64,000 nt of DNA, taken from positions 50,797 to 114,796 of IMG/VR virus record IMGVR_UViG_3300023210_000014. One strand, 5' to 3'. This document shows positions 19,012 through 27,706 of this stretch, one piece after another (within the stretch, counting starts at the first letter, position 1; every line of letters begins with the position of its first letter). The translations under genes were made by a program, and so were the position numbers. The stretch is from a virus (taxonomy: Duplodnaviria > Heunggongvirae > Uroviricota > Caudoviricetes). The notes beneath the pieces are model-generated. The model saw only the letters and a list, made by a program, of their open reading frames with translations. It ran no database searches and was not told the origin of the DNA.

Positions 19012-19800
19012 ATGTCAATTAGAAATGAAACCAAACGCATGCTTGTATTAGCGGGAATCCCCTTAAATGAAGCTACCGGCCCAGAAGAAAAAGAATCTAT
19101 GAAAATCGGTGGATTGGGTTGGTTGCGAAAATCAAAGGACAGTAATCATGGTGGGCTAGAAGGAACGTTAACTATTTCAGGTAAAAATTTATCTGTTAAA
19201 GGGAATATGGGCTTTGCCTATTTTAAAGGGGATAATCTGATCATTCAAGACAAATATAAATTTGTGAATGTGACTGGTAATTTTATGGTTACGAATTCAA
19301 AAGTCACCTCTCTTGAGGGTGCACCAAAAACTGTTGGGGATCGCTATTGGATCAAAAATAATACTAAGCTCACTTCATTAAAGGGCGGCGCTACAAAATG
19401 TGGAGATTTTTCGCTTGAATATTGCAACAAAATAACCGATTTGACTGGTGCACCTCAAACCGCGACCTCTTATCGGATTGCAAATTGTAAGAAATTAGGA
19501 AGTTTAAAGGGCTTACCCAAGAGCACATCTGGCGACTTAGTTATTTATGAAACTGGTTTGTCTAGTTTGGTTGGCGCTCCAACAACTATAAATGGAGACT
19601 TCGCCGTTATTGGTAATAAGATCACATCCCTTAAAGGTATGCCCAAGAAAATAACTGGAGATTTTACTTTGACCAGAAATGGTAAAACTAAATTTACAGA
19701 AGAAGAAATTCGTGAAATATGTAATATTGGCGGTAAAGTGGTTTGTTCAGAAATAGAACGCGTTGGAAAAGATAATCGATTTTACCAAGGGGAAGATTAA
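19012..19800 (+). CDS. leucine-rich-repeat-like protein (about 21-22-aa tandem repeats)
   Basis: At least 6 consecutive repeats of consensus h-T-S-L-K-G-x-P-K-x-x-x-G-D-F-x-h (LTSLKGGATKCGDF, LTGAPQTATSYRI, LKGLPKSTSGDL, LVGAPTTINGDF, LKGMPKKITGDF). Confidence 0.5.
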   Translation: MSIRNETKRMLVLAGIPLNEATGPEEKESMKIGGLGWLRKSKDSNHGGLEGTLTISGKNLSVKGNMGFAYFKGDNLIIQDKYKFVNVTGNFMVTNSKVTSLEGAPKTVGDRYWIKNNTKLTSLKGGATKCGDFSLEYCNKITDLTGAPQTATSYRIANCKKLGSLKGLPKSTSGDLVIYETGLSSLVGAPTTINGDFAVIGNKITSLKGMPKKITGDFTLTRNGKTKFTEEEIREICNIGGKVVCSEIERVGKDNRFYQGED

Positions 19801-20765
19801 TGTTTTGGTATCTATTTGAAGAATTGGCTGACTTTTACAAGGTCGACCACGAATATCATGAACCTGGAACTTTCTTTGCTGTTTGGGCAAAGGGAGAAAA
19901 AGAAGCAACAAAGACTGCTGAAAAGTGGGCAAGTGATGCCGATGCATTATCTGTTGCTGGAAGATATAAGACTATGAAGGCCACTGAAAAAGGTGCCAAG
20001 TCAAGAGGAAAGAAATATAAGTCTGCAATTATCTCATTTGGAGTTAAGGACGGGACTTTGATTTCAGCTAAGGAATTGATCAAGCTGAATGAATCCTTCA
20101 AGGTTAATTCACCAACACTTAATAAACTTGTCAACATGGAATATTCAGACCCTAGACAAAAAGACGGATGCAAAATTGTCGCTGAAAAAGGTGGGTCATT
20201 CCGCCACGGTGATGATGTTGTTGATGGATCTTATATCATGTATCAGGATAATGCCTTACCAGGTAAATTTGTAGCTGTGCATGTTTCAGATTCAGTCAAT
20301 GAAGAAACTGATGAACCAAATGTTGCTGTAGTTGCAATAGGGAATAATAAACAAAAAGTTATGCAGAATATGGCATATCGTATGAGGCGTAATAAAGCTA
20401 CAGTTTCAGATCCTGATGTTGTTGAAGAAGTGTCAAATAAGGTTTTTCCGCCAGCAAAAATAAAAGCATTGGCAAATAAATTGTATTCAGCTGTTAAAGC
20501 AGTTGATAAATTAACTGTTCCATACGATAAAGACAATATGACAAAGGCAGAGAAGATTCAGAGAAGATTAGAAAAGCAAGCTGAATCGGTCCTAAAGGGT
20601 AAAATTGTTTCAGGTGCTAAAAACTTAGCATTTGGAGATGATGATCCCGACAAAACTTGGAAAGTAAAATCGGTTGAATATAGTCAAGGTTCAGGAGAAT
20701 GGTGGGTATACCTAGACAATGGGAATGGCGACGATGATCAAGTAATGTTGATTGATTTATATTAG
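19800..20765 (+). CDS. hypothetical protein (321 aa)
   Basis: ORF with TAATG coupling. No motifs recognised. Confidence 0.45.
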   Translation: MFWYLFEELADFYKVDHEYHEPGTFFAVWAKGEKEATKTAEKWASDADALSVAGRYKTMKATEKGAKSRGKKYKSAIISFGVKDGTLISAKELIKLNESFKVNSPTLNKLVNMEYSDPRQKDGCKIVAEKGGSFRHGDDVVDGSYIMYQDNALPGKFVAVHVSDSVNEETDEPNVAVVAIGNNKQKVMQNMAYRMRRNKATVSDPDVVEEVSNKVFPPAKIKALANKLYSAVKAVDKLTVPYDKDNMTKAEKIQRRLEKQAESVLKGKIVSGAKNLAFGDDDPDKTWKVKSVEYSQGSGEWWVYLDNGNGDDDQVMLIDLY

Positions 20766-20796
20766 ATTAAAATTTAGAGATTAACCGTGTACAGAG

Positions 20797-21003
20797 ATGC
20801 ACAGATCGGATCACATGAAATACTTATGTTCAAATTGCAAACAGAAATACACATTACCTATAGGTGACATTATGATCGAAAAGAAAATTCGATGCAATTG
20901 TGGCCAACATTCAAAAACATTTAGCGTTGCAACTATGGTTATATTGGAGAGTCGGGAAGAAATTCTCGACTCTTTTTACAGATATGGTTTACATTATCAC
21001 TAG
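20797..21003 (+). CDS. small zinc-ribbon protein (68 aa)
   Basis: CSNC...CNCGQH cysteine pairs. Confidence 0.3.
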   Translation: MHRSDHMKYLCSNCKQKYTLPIGDIMIEKKIRCNCGQHSKTFSVATMVILESREEILDSFYRYGLHYH

Positions 21004-21050
21004 AATGATGTATACTTATATATGTTCAATGACGTCATTGGCCGGACTGG

Positions 21051-21980
21051 ATGTATATGATAAAAACAAAAAACCTTCAATTTCAAAAATATAAAACTAA
21101 ACATTACGATTTAAATCAAATTATTGAGATTGAATGCGATCAATGTGAAACGATCTTTTCTCAAAAACTGAGGCAACAACAAAAACAATTTCAAAAATAT
21201 GGTTTAGATCTCTGTAGAGGATGTAAACAAAAACATCAATATGCTGCAGGATTAAGAAATAAGCAAATTTGGATTTGTAAAAATAATGCCCGAAATCAAA
21301 AAGGTAAAACTGTTGAAGCTCTCTATGGTGCTGAACGAGGTACAGATATTAAAAATAAAATGTCAATTGCTACTTTAGGAAAAAACAATGGAATGTTTGG
21401 AAAACATCAAAATGAATTAACCAAGGAAAAAATAGGTAATAGAACTAGAGGTAAAACACTAGAAGAAATATATGGCTCTAAAAAAGCTATTGAAATCAAA
21501 CAGAAAATAAGTAATTCCACATCTGCTGAAAACAATTCCATGTATGGAAAACCCTCCCCAATGGGATCGGGGAATGGTTGGTCGGGTTGGTATAATGGTT
21601 ATTTCTTTCGAAGTTTATTGGAATTGGCTTATTTGAAATTTTTAATTGACAATAAAATTTATTTTGATAATGGCGAACAAAAGAAATACTCAATTCAATA
21701 TGAGTATGACGGAATAATTAGAAATTATTTTTGTGACTATTATTTAATTGATGAAAATTTGTTTGTTGAAATAAAACCTAAAAAATTAATTTCCACAAAA
21801 CAGAATCTTGCTAAATTTGATGCAGCAATACAAAAACACGGCCTAAATTTTAAGATTTTAACTGAATACGACTTTCCACAAATAACGTCTATTGAAATTA
21901 TTTCGATGTATGAGTGTGGTAATTTAATTTTCATTGAGAGGTACAATGAAAAATTTAAGGAGATATATCTTGACAAATAA
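21051..21980 (+). CDS. homing-endonuclease-like protein: Zn-finger + NUMOD3 repeats + PD-(D/E)xK nuclease domain
   Basis: CDQC...CRGC zinc finger. At least 4 NUMOD3-like repeats (GKTVEALYG, GKNNGMFGKHQNELTKEKIG, GKTLEEIYG, NNSMYGK). C-terminal ...DYYLIDENLFVEIKPKK has a D...E-x-K nuclease signature. Confidence 0.55.
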   Translation: MYMIKTKNLQFQKYKTKHYDLNQIIEIECDQCETIFSQKLRQQQKQFQKYGLDLCRGCKQKHQYAAGLRNKQIWICKNNARNQKGKTVEALYGAERGTDIKNKMSIATLGKNNGMFGKHQNELTKEKIGNRTRGKTLEEIYGSKKAIEIKQKISNSTSAENNSMYGKPSPMGSGNGWSGWYNGYFFRSLLELAYLKFLIDNKIYFDNGEQKKYSIQYEYDGIIRNYFCDYYLIDENLFVEIKPKKLISTKQNLAKFDAAIQKHGLNFKILTEYDFPQITSIEIISMYECGNLIFIERYNEKFKEIYLDK

Positions 21981-22548
21981 GAAAACAATTAAGAAAACAA
22001 TTAATGGAGGGGTCCTTTTTGTTGAAGGTCCCGACAGATGTGGAAAAACCCATATAGCCAAAGCCTTAGCAGAAAAATACAGTTTGGAATACTGGCGTAA
22101 TGATAATGTGGATGACATTTTACGTTATGCTGGTCCCGGAGAATTCAAAAAGGTTCTCCAATATTATTATTCACAAATGCCATTGTTTGCAAAAATGTTG
22201 CAGAATAGAGGCTCAGGACTCGTCATTGATCGTTGCTATATTACAGAATGGGTCTATTCAAACTTATTCAATAGAGCGACGGATTTGGATGTTATTCAGG
22301 GCCTAGAGCAGCAGTACATGGAACTTGGTGGCGTAATTATCTACTGTTACAAAACAGATTACATGGCATTTCATGATGAGTTTGTTAAGGAAGAACAAAT
22401 TAAACAAATCAAAGATTTATATCGAATTTATTTTGAAGAACATGCAAAAATGCCGATTCTTTGGCTAGATACAAGCCATGAAGATTTGACTGACCAGCTA
22501 ATGATTATAGATCGATTTTTAAAATCGATGAAAGAAAGAAGTATTTAA
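21946..22548 (+). CDS. P-loop (d)NMP kinase (thymidylate-kinase-like)
   Basis: Start chosen at the ATG with GAGAGG upstream. P-loop is VEGPDRCGKTH. Short kinase with DR/LID-like region. Confidence 0.5.
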   Translation: MKNLRRYILTNKKTIKKTINGGVLFVEGPDRCGKTHIAKALAEKYSLEYWRNDNVDDILRYAGPGEFKKVLQYYYSQMPLFAKMLQNRGSGLVIDRCYITEWVYSNLFNRATDLDVIQGLEQQYMELGGVIIYCYKTDYMAFHDEFVKEEQIKQIKDLYRIYFEEHAKMPILWLDTSHEDLTDQLMIIDRFLKSMKERSI

Positions 22549-23006
22549 TGAGTTTTATGAAAATTAAGAAATTGCATAATGATGCAATAATACCAGATCG
22601 AGCAAACCCTGGTGATGCTGGAATGGATGTTTACGCATTGGAAGATGCAGTTATAAAAGCAGGTGAGGATTATGTTTTCCCATTAGGTTGGTCTTGTGCG
22701 ATCCCCGATGGTTGGGCATTGATCATGAAGGAGAAATCAGGTAGGGCAGTTAAAGATAAACTTGACGTTGGCGCCTGTGTTATTGATTCAGGTTATCGTG
22801 GAGAAGTTCATTGTCACTTATTCAATAACAGTAGAAAAATTAATGTTCCAATCAAAAAAGGTGAAAAGATTGCACAGGTAATTCTAGTTCCAATTTGGAA
22901 TGGCACTCCTGAAATTGTAGATGAACTTGATGAAACCCAAAGAGGTTCAGGTGCATTTGGTAGCAGTGGATTGGTAAGCGGTATAAGTTTATCGGATAAC
23001 ATTTAA
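22548..23006 (+). CDS. dut: dUTPase (trimeric dUTP pyrophosphatase)
   Basis: Motif I is GDAGMDVYA, motif III is IDSGYRGEV, motif V is RGSGAFGSSG. Confidence 0.85.
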   Translation: MSFMKIKKLHNDAIIPDRANPGDAGMDVYALEDAVIKAGEDYVFPLGWSCAIPDGWALIMKEKSGRAVKDKLDVGACVIDSGYRGEVHCHLFNNSRKINVPIKKGEKIAQVILVPIWNGTPEIVDELDETQRGSGAFGSSGLVSGISLSDNI

Positions 23007-23017
23007 TTTCCAAAAAA

Positions 23018-23049
23018 GGTTTACATTTCACTTGAAATAGGATATAATG
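23018..23049 (+). promoter_or_regulatory. conserved phage promoter copy 3
   Basis: AAAGG-TTTACA (23020-23025) -N17- GATATAATG (TATAAT 23043-23048), upstream of the DNA polymerase gene. Confidence 0.55.
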
Positions 23050-23092
23050 AGGTCTATACGGTTATATCCTATTCTTGTCTTTAGGAGGCACA

Positions 23093-25534
23093 ATGTCCAA
23101 CACAGAATACACAGTAGCAAGAATCTTTTCCGAGTTCAATTATGGACGCTGGACGATTCACAAATATGGCTACACTCCCGACGGTCAACAAGTTAAAGTC
23201 AAAGCTGATTTTACTGACTACTTTTATTTCAAATCCGCAGAGGTTTCAAATCTCATTCCCTTCGACCGTCTAGATCAAAATGATCATGGAGACTATGTTT
23301 CCATTTATGGTGACTTTGCTCGAAAGATCGAATATCGATCAATCAAAGAAAAGAACCAAGTTGTAAAACAATATCCTGAATCAACTTATGAAGCTGATGT
23401 TTCACCTGAATTTCATTATATGATGGAAATGCCAGTGACTTGGACTCCTGCAAATAAGCGTCACATCTTATATTTTGATATTGAAACCGATGCCCGCGAA
23501 AAGAGTTCTTCACCTGAAAAACCGGATGCTGAAGTAACTTCAATTCAGCTTTACTCTACACGATTCAAGAAATATTTTGTCTTCTCATGGCATCCTGAAA
23601 AGACCCAAAACTTTATTTCCCCTAAAATCATTCAAACTGACGACAGAACTTATATCTTCTGTAAAGACGAATATGACGTGCTTGACGCGTTCATTGCTTT
23701 CATTGAAGAATATTCTCCTGACGTCCTTTGTGGATATTATTCTGCTGGATTTGATCTTCCTTATATCATCAACCGCTGTCAAAGACTGAATATCGATTAC
23801 AATCGCTTGTCTCCAATTGGTAAGGTCCGCCATTATCAAAAAATGGGTACATGGAAAACGTATATTTCTGGCTTGGATCACATTGACATGCTTGAAGCAA
23901 TTCAGGATATCGGCTATAATCTTCCAAACTATAAACTTGCAACTGTCGCAGATGAAATCCTCAAAGATTTTGATACCCAAAAACTGACCAAGTACACTTG
24001 GAAAGATTGGCTGACAAATTATAAGGGCTTTATTGAATATGGAATCGTTGATGTTCAGATCCTCAAAGAAGTTGACGAAGTACTTGGTATTTTCGATCTA
24101 TATTACACTATTCAAAAGATGACCAATATAACTTCATTGGGTGAAGTCATGTTCAAGTCTTCTGTGGTTGACAAATATATTATGACTGAATCAAGAGGCG
24201 TCCACGTCTTCCCTACTCGCAAGACTGCAAAGCGACAAAAGTATATGGGAGCACACGTTATGGATCCAGTTGCAGGTCTACACGAGGGCGTCGCGGTATT
24301 TGATTATGCCTCACTGTATCCAACTTCAATTATGAGTTTCAATCTTTCACCTGAAACATTCATCTGCTCCGAAAAAGAAGTAGAGAATAAGGGAATGACA
24401 ATCCAAAATGTGATTGACAATCTGAATGAACGCGGTATAAACTTTGTTGATACAGGTTACGATAAGGAATTATTTGGGGAACGCTACCTCTTTTATGCAC
24501 AGGATCATAAACTTGGAATTTTCCCAAAGATGCTCAAGAAGATGTATGATGAACGTAGGACAATTAAAGCACAAATGCGAGATGAAAAAGATGAAGTGAA
24601 ACATAATGCACTTGATAAACATCAAACTGCTATCAAACTTATTCTTAACTCAGCATATGGAGCACTTGGGTTCAACTACTTCAGACTTTATCGTCCAGAA
24701 GTTGCTGATGCAATTACCTATTTTGCTCGTCAGGCTTTATTCTTCGGGGAAGAGAGCCTCAAGGAATTGGGTCACGATACAATCTATGGAGATACTGATT
24801 CACTTTTCACCCTCCAAAACGGAAAGTCAAATGATGTATTCGATACTTGGGTAGAAGAATTTAATAATGAAGCTTTGCCTAACGTGTTTATTACCAAATA
24901 CAATTCGGGCCCACTGGACGAATATAAAACAATGGAAATTGAATATGAAAAAGACATGGAACGGATCTACTTTAGTAAATCAAAAAAGAGATACTATGGA
25001 ATCGTTCGTGACACTGGATACAAATATATTCGGGGATTGAATATCATTCGTAAGGATGCTCCGTCATTCCTGAAGGATAAACTTAATGTTATGTCAGAAA
25101 AAGCAGTCAATGGTGAATTGAAATTCTCGCATCTCCAATCGTTACGTAAATTGGTTGAATTGCAACCACTTAAGTCAATTGGAATTACAAAGAAGTTTTC
25201 TAGACCATTTCATAAGTATGAAAAGACTCAGCCTCAACATTTGAAAGCTGCTCTTTGGGCAAATGAAATATTGGAAACTAAGGTAACTCACAAGGATAAC
25301 CCATATCTCTTCTACGTTACTTCCACATGCCAAGATGAGATGAAACCAAAAGAACGAAATAATGCCATCTGTGTGCTTGAGGCTGATCTTCCTAAATTGT
25401 CAGCTAATCCAGATCTATTCGTAATTGATTATGACGAGTATTTCCACAAACAAGTCATTCAACAGCTGGAAGAATTCAAACTCATTCCAACTGTTAAAGA
25501 AGCATTGGATGAATATAAGGAGAGTATAAAATGA
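23093..25534 (+). CDS. DNA polymerase, family B (T4 gp43-like)
   Basis: ATG at 23093 after AGGAGG. Exo I is YFDIETD. Pol motif A is FDYASLYPTSIM, motif B is KLILNSAYGALG, motif C is YGDTDS. Confidence 0.9.
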   Translation: MSNTEYTVARIFSEFNYGRWTIHKYGYTPDGQQVKVKADFTDYFYFKSAEVSNLIPFDRLDQNDHGDYVSIYGDFARKIEYRSIKEKNQVVKQYPESTYEADVSPEFHYMMEMPVTWTPANKRHILYFDIETDAREKSSSPEKPDAEVTSIQLYSTRFKKYFVFSWHPEKTQNFISPKIIQTDDRTYIFCKDEYDVLDAFIAFIEEYSPDVLCGYYSAGFDLPYIINRCQRLNIDYNRLSPIGKVRHYQKMGTWKTYISGLDHIDMLEAIQDIGYNLPNYKLATVADEILKDFDTQKLTKYTWKDWLTNYKGFIEYGIVDVQILKEVDEVLGIFDLYYTIQKMTNITSLGEVMFKSSVVDKYIMTESRGVHVFPTRKTAKRQKYMGAHVMDPVAGLHEGVAVFDYASLYPTSIMSFNLSPETFICSEKEVENKGMTIQNVIDNLNERGINFVDTGYDKELFGERYLFYAQDHKLGIFPKMLKKMYDERRTIKAQMRDEKDEVKHNALDKHQTAIKLILNSAYGALGFNYFRLYRPEVADAITYFARQALFFGEESLKELGHDTIYGDTDSLFTLQNGKSNDVFDTWVEEFNNEALPNVFITKYNSGPLDEYKTMEIEYEKDMERIYFSKSKKRYYGIVRDTGYKYIRGLNIIRKDAPSFLKDKLNVMSEKAVNGELKFSHLQSLRKLVELQPLKSIGITKKFSRPFHKYEKTQPQHLKAALWANEILETKVTHKDNPYLFYVTSTCQDEMKPKERNNAICVLEADLPKLSANPDLFVIDYDEYFHKQVIQQLEEFKLIPTVKEALDEYKESIK

Positions 25535-25917
25535 TTATAGCAATAGATTTCGATGGCACAATAGTTGAACATGACTATCCCCGAATTGGTAAACCCGTAC
25601 CTCTTGCAATAGAAACTATGATTAGTTTACAGCAGAGTGGAAATCAATTGATATTGTATACCATGCGAAGTGGTAAAGAACTTCAAGATGCGGTTGATTA
25701 TTGTAAAGAACGAGGGGTTGAATTCTGGGCTGTAAATAAAAATCCAAGTCAATGGAAGTGGACTAAATCCCCTAAAGTATATGCCCAAGTCTATATTGAT
25801 GATGCAGCTTTAGGCTGTCCTCTTCTTGGTCAGAAATTTGAAGTACGACCTCATGTTGATTGGGCAGAAGTTAGAAAGTACTTCAGAATGGGAGATGAAT
25901 TTTGGAATCAAAAATGA
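25531..25917 (+). CDS. HAD-superfamily phosphatase-like protein (128 aa)
   Basis: N-terminal IAIDFDGTI (HAD motif I DxDGT). Small size. Confidence 0.45.
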   Translation: MIIAIDFDGTIVEHDYPRIGKPVPLAIETMISLQQSGNQLILYTMRSGKELQDAVDYCKERGVEFWAVNKNPSQWKWTKSPKVYAQVYIDDAALGCPLLGQKFEVRPHVDWAEVRKYFRMGDEFWNQK

Positions 25918-26351
25918 AATGGGACGAAATCTGGATGAACCTTGCAAAAGATATTGCCTCACGCTCGACATGTTTAGTTCCAAATCGTTCAGTTGGATGT
26001 GTGATTGTAACCGAAGATAATACCAGTGTTTTAGCACATGGGTATAATGGTTCAGCAAAGGGTGATGATAACTCTTGCGAATATAATCCACGTCATGGGA
26101 ATGGGATTGGAAATAGCCGTTGCACATGTGTTCATGCGGAAATGAATGCAGTGACTAAATTGGATTTCACAGATCCACGTAAAAAGAAAATGTACCTGAC
26201 TCTTTCACCATGTGACCTCTGCTATAAATTAATTGTGAATGCCGGAATTGATGAGGTAATTTACAATGAGGAATATACCAGGGGAACAGCCATAGGCAAT
26301 ATGATTTTATTGGGTATAAATGTTCGACATATCAAAGGACATTGGAAATGA
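25914..26351 (+). CDS. dCMP deaminase
   Basis: Zn motifs HAEMNA and SPCDLC (cytidine/dCMP deaminase family). ATGA overlap with the upstream gene. Confidence 0.8.
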   Translation: MKWDEIWMNLAKDIASRSTCLVPNRSVGCVIVTEDNTSVLAHGYNGSAKGDDNSCEYNPRHGNGIGNSRCTCVHAEMNAVTKLDFTDPRKKKMYLTLSPCDLCYKLIVNAGIDEVIYNEEYTRGTAIGNMILLGINVRHIKGHWK

Positions 26352-26548
26352 AATTAATAGAGAACCGAGGAATCAAATATCAGATTCTTCAAAGTCCTCC
26401 CGAAACTTCATATGATTATTACGTCGGGGTGGCCAAAAGCTGCCCCGATTTAGTTTTGTTGAAGAACAATGAGGGCTTCTTATTGTGTAGAATAGTGTAT
26501 GATGCAGAACTAATTAGTGACGATGGATATTTATATTGGTCATGCTAA
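26348..26548 (+). CDS. hypothetical protein (about 66 aa)
   Basis: ORF overlapping the dCMP deaminase stop. Confidence 0.35.
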   Translation: MKLIENRGIKYQILQSPPETSYDYYVGVAKSCPDLVLLKNNEGFLLCRIVYDAELISDDGYLYWSC

Positions 26549-26560
26549 AACCAAGGAGTT

Positions 26561-26773
26561 ATGATGGAAAAAAACTTAGACAGAGAGTTCATCGAGGAAT
26601 TGGTGAAACAAGTAATGGATGAGATGATTGACGACGAAGACATTTTAACCTCGGAAACAAATGTAACGGGAGATATAGCTGGCTATGACGCACCTTTAAC
26701 TAAAAAAATGCAACAACGGAAATTCGCCGATGATGACGAAGATCTAGAGACAGAGAAGGTTATTGATGAATAA
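26561..26773 (+). CDS. small acidic protein (70 aa)
   Basis: Very Asp/Glu-rich. Confidence 0.35.
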   Translation: MMEKNLDREFIEELVKQVMDEMIDDEDILTSETNVTGDIAGYDAPLTKKMQQRKFADDDEDLETEKVIDE

Positions 26774-27122
26774 CGTAGAAAGACAACCCATAATCATGAA
26801 AGACAATACAAAATTATTCGGATTTATTGACTCAGGAAATATAGTCCCCTTGATTTTAATCATAGTTGGAGCGATAAGCACGGTATCATACGTGAACTTT
26901 TCTATCGATCAACTAAACATAGATTTAAAACAGGAAACCATTGATAGAAAAGTTGCTGATGAAAAATTGGCAGAACAATTTAGGTTCCAATTCCAGCAAT
27001 ATGAAGCAGTTCAAATACAAAATCAAAAAGAAATCAGAGAAGAATTCCGATCACTACGTGAAAGTAGCTCGGCTATACAAAGAGATTTGACAAAATATAT
27101 TATTGAATCTCAAGATGACTAA
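26763..27122 (+). CDS. membrane protein with one TM helix and a coiled-coil tail (holin-like?)
   Basis: One TM helix (LILIIVGAISTVSYVNF) followed by a charged coiled-coil. Sits immediately upstream of the endolysin. Confidence 0.35.
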   Translation: MMNNVERQPIIMKDNTKLFGFIDSGNIVPLILIIVGAISTVSYVNFSIDQLNIDLKQETIDRKVADEKLAEQFRFQFQQYEAVQIQNQKEIREEFRSLRESSSAIQRDLTKYIIESQDD

Positions 27123-27124
27123 TA

Positions 27125-27706
27125 ATGACGTTACTTGCATTCATAGAATTGTTCCGTCGTATTTCAAAACGCATGAAAGTTAAACGTAAAATGATAGAGA
27201 TCAAAAATGTTAGATTCGAAATGAATCCTCGTAATTTAAAATGGGGCTTTCGTCCAAAATCTTACATTGATAAAATTATCGTACACCAGGAATTGGGATG
27301 GGGATCTGCAGAGCAGGTTCACGAATATCACATTAGTGAAAAATCCCATTTGAAACCTGGTGTGGGTGCTCCTGCAATTGCATATCATTTTGTCGTCGAA
27401 GCTGACGGGCAAATTTTACAGGTTAACGATGATACTGCAATTACATGGCATTGTAAAGGCGAAAATATGCACAGTCTCGGTATAATGGTTGTTGGAGATT
27501 TTGCTGGCATTGATCATTCTGGAGATGAGCCATGGCCGATTCAAATAGAATCAATTGAAAAATTATTAGATCATTTGATAGCCAATTACAATTTAACTAA
27601 AAATGATGTTTATGGACATGAGGCGTTCGGCAAACCGGCGTGCCCTGGCTTTACAATTAGCAATCTCATTAGAAAATACAATAAAGAAGGAAACATACGA
27701 ATATGA
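27125..27706 (+). CDS. N-acetylmuramoyl-L-alanine amidase (amidase_2/PGRP-type endolysin)
   Basis: IIVHQELGWG...HEYH...FGKPACPGF gives a His/His/Cys zinc-ligand pattern like T7-lysozyme/PGRP amidases. Confidence 0.6.
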   Translation: MTLLAFIELFRRISKRMKVKRKMIEIKNVRFEMNPRNLKWGFRPKSYIDKIIVHQELGWGSAEQVHEYHISEKSHLKPGVGAPAIAYHFVVEADGQILQVNDDTAITWHCKGENMHSLGIMVVGDFAGIDHSGDEPWPIQIESIEKLLDHLIANYNLTKNDVYGHEAFGKPACPGFTISNLIRKYNKEGNIRI

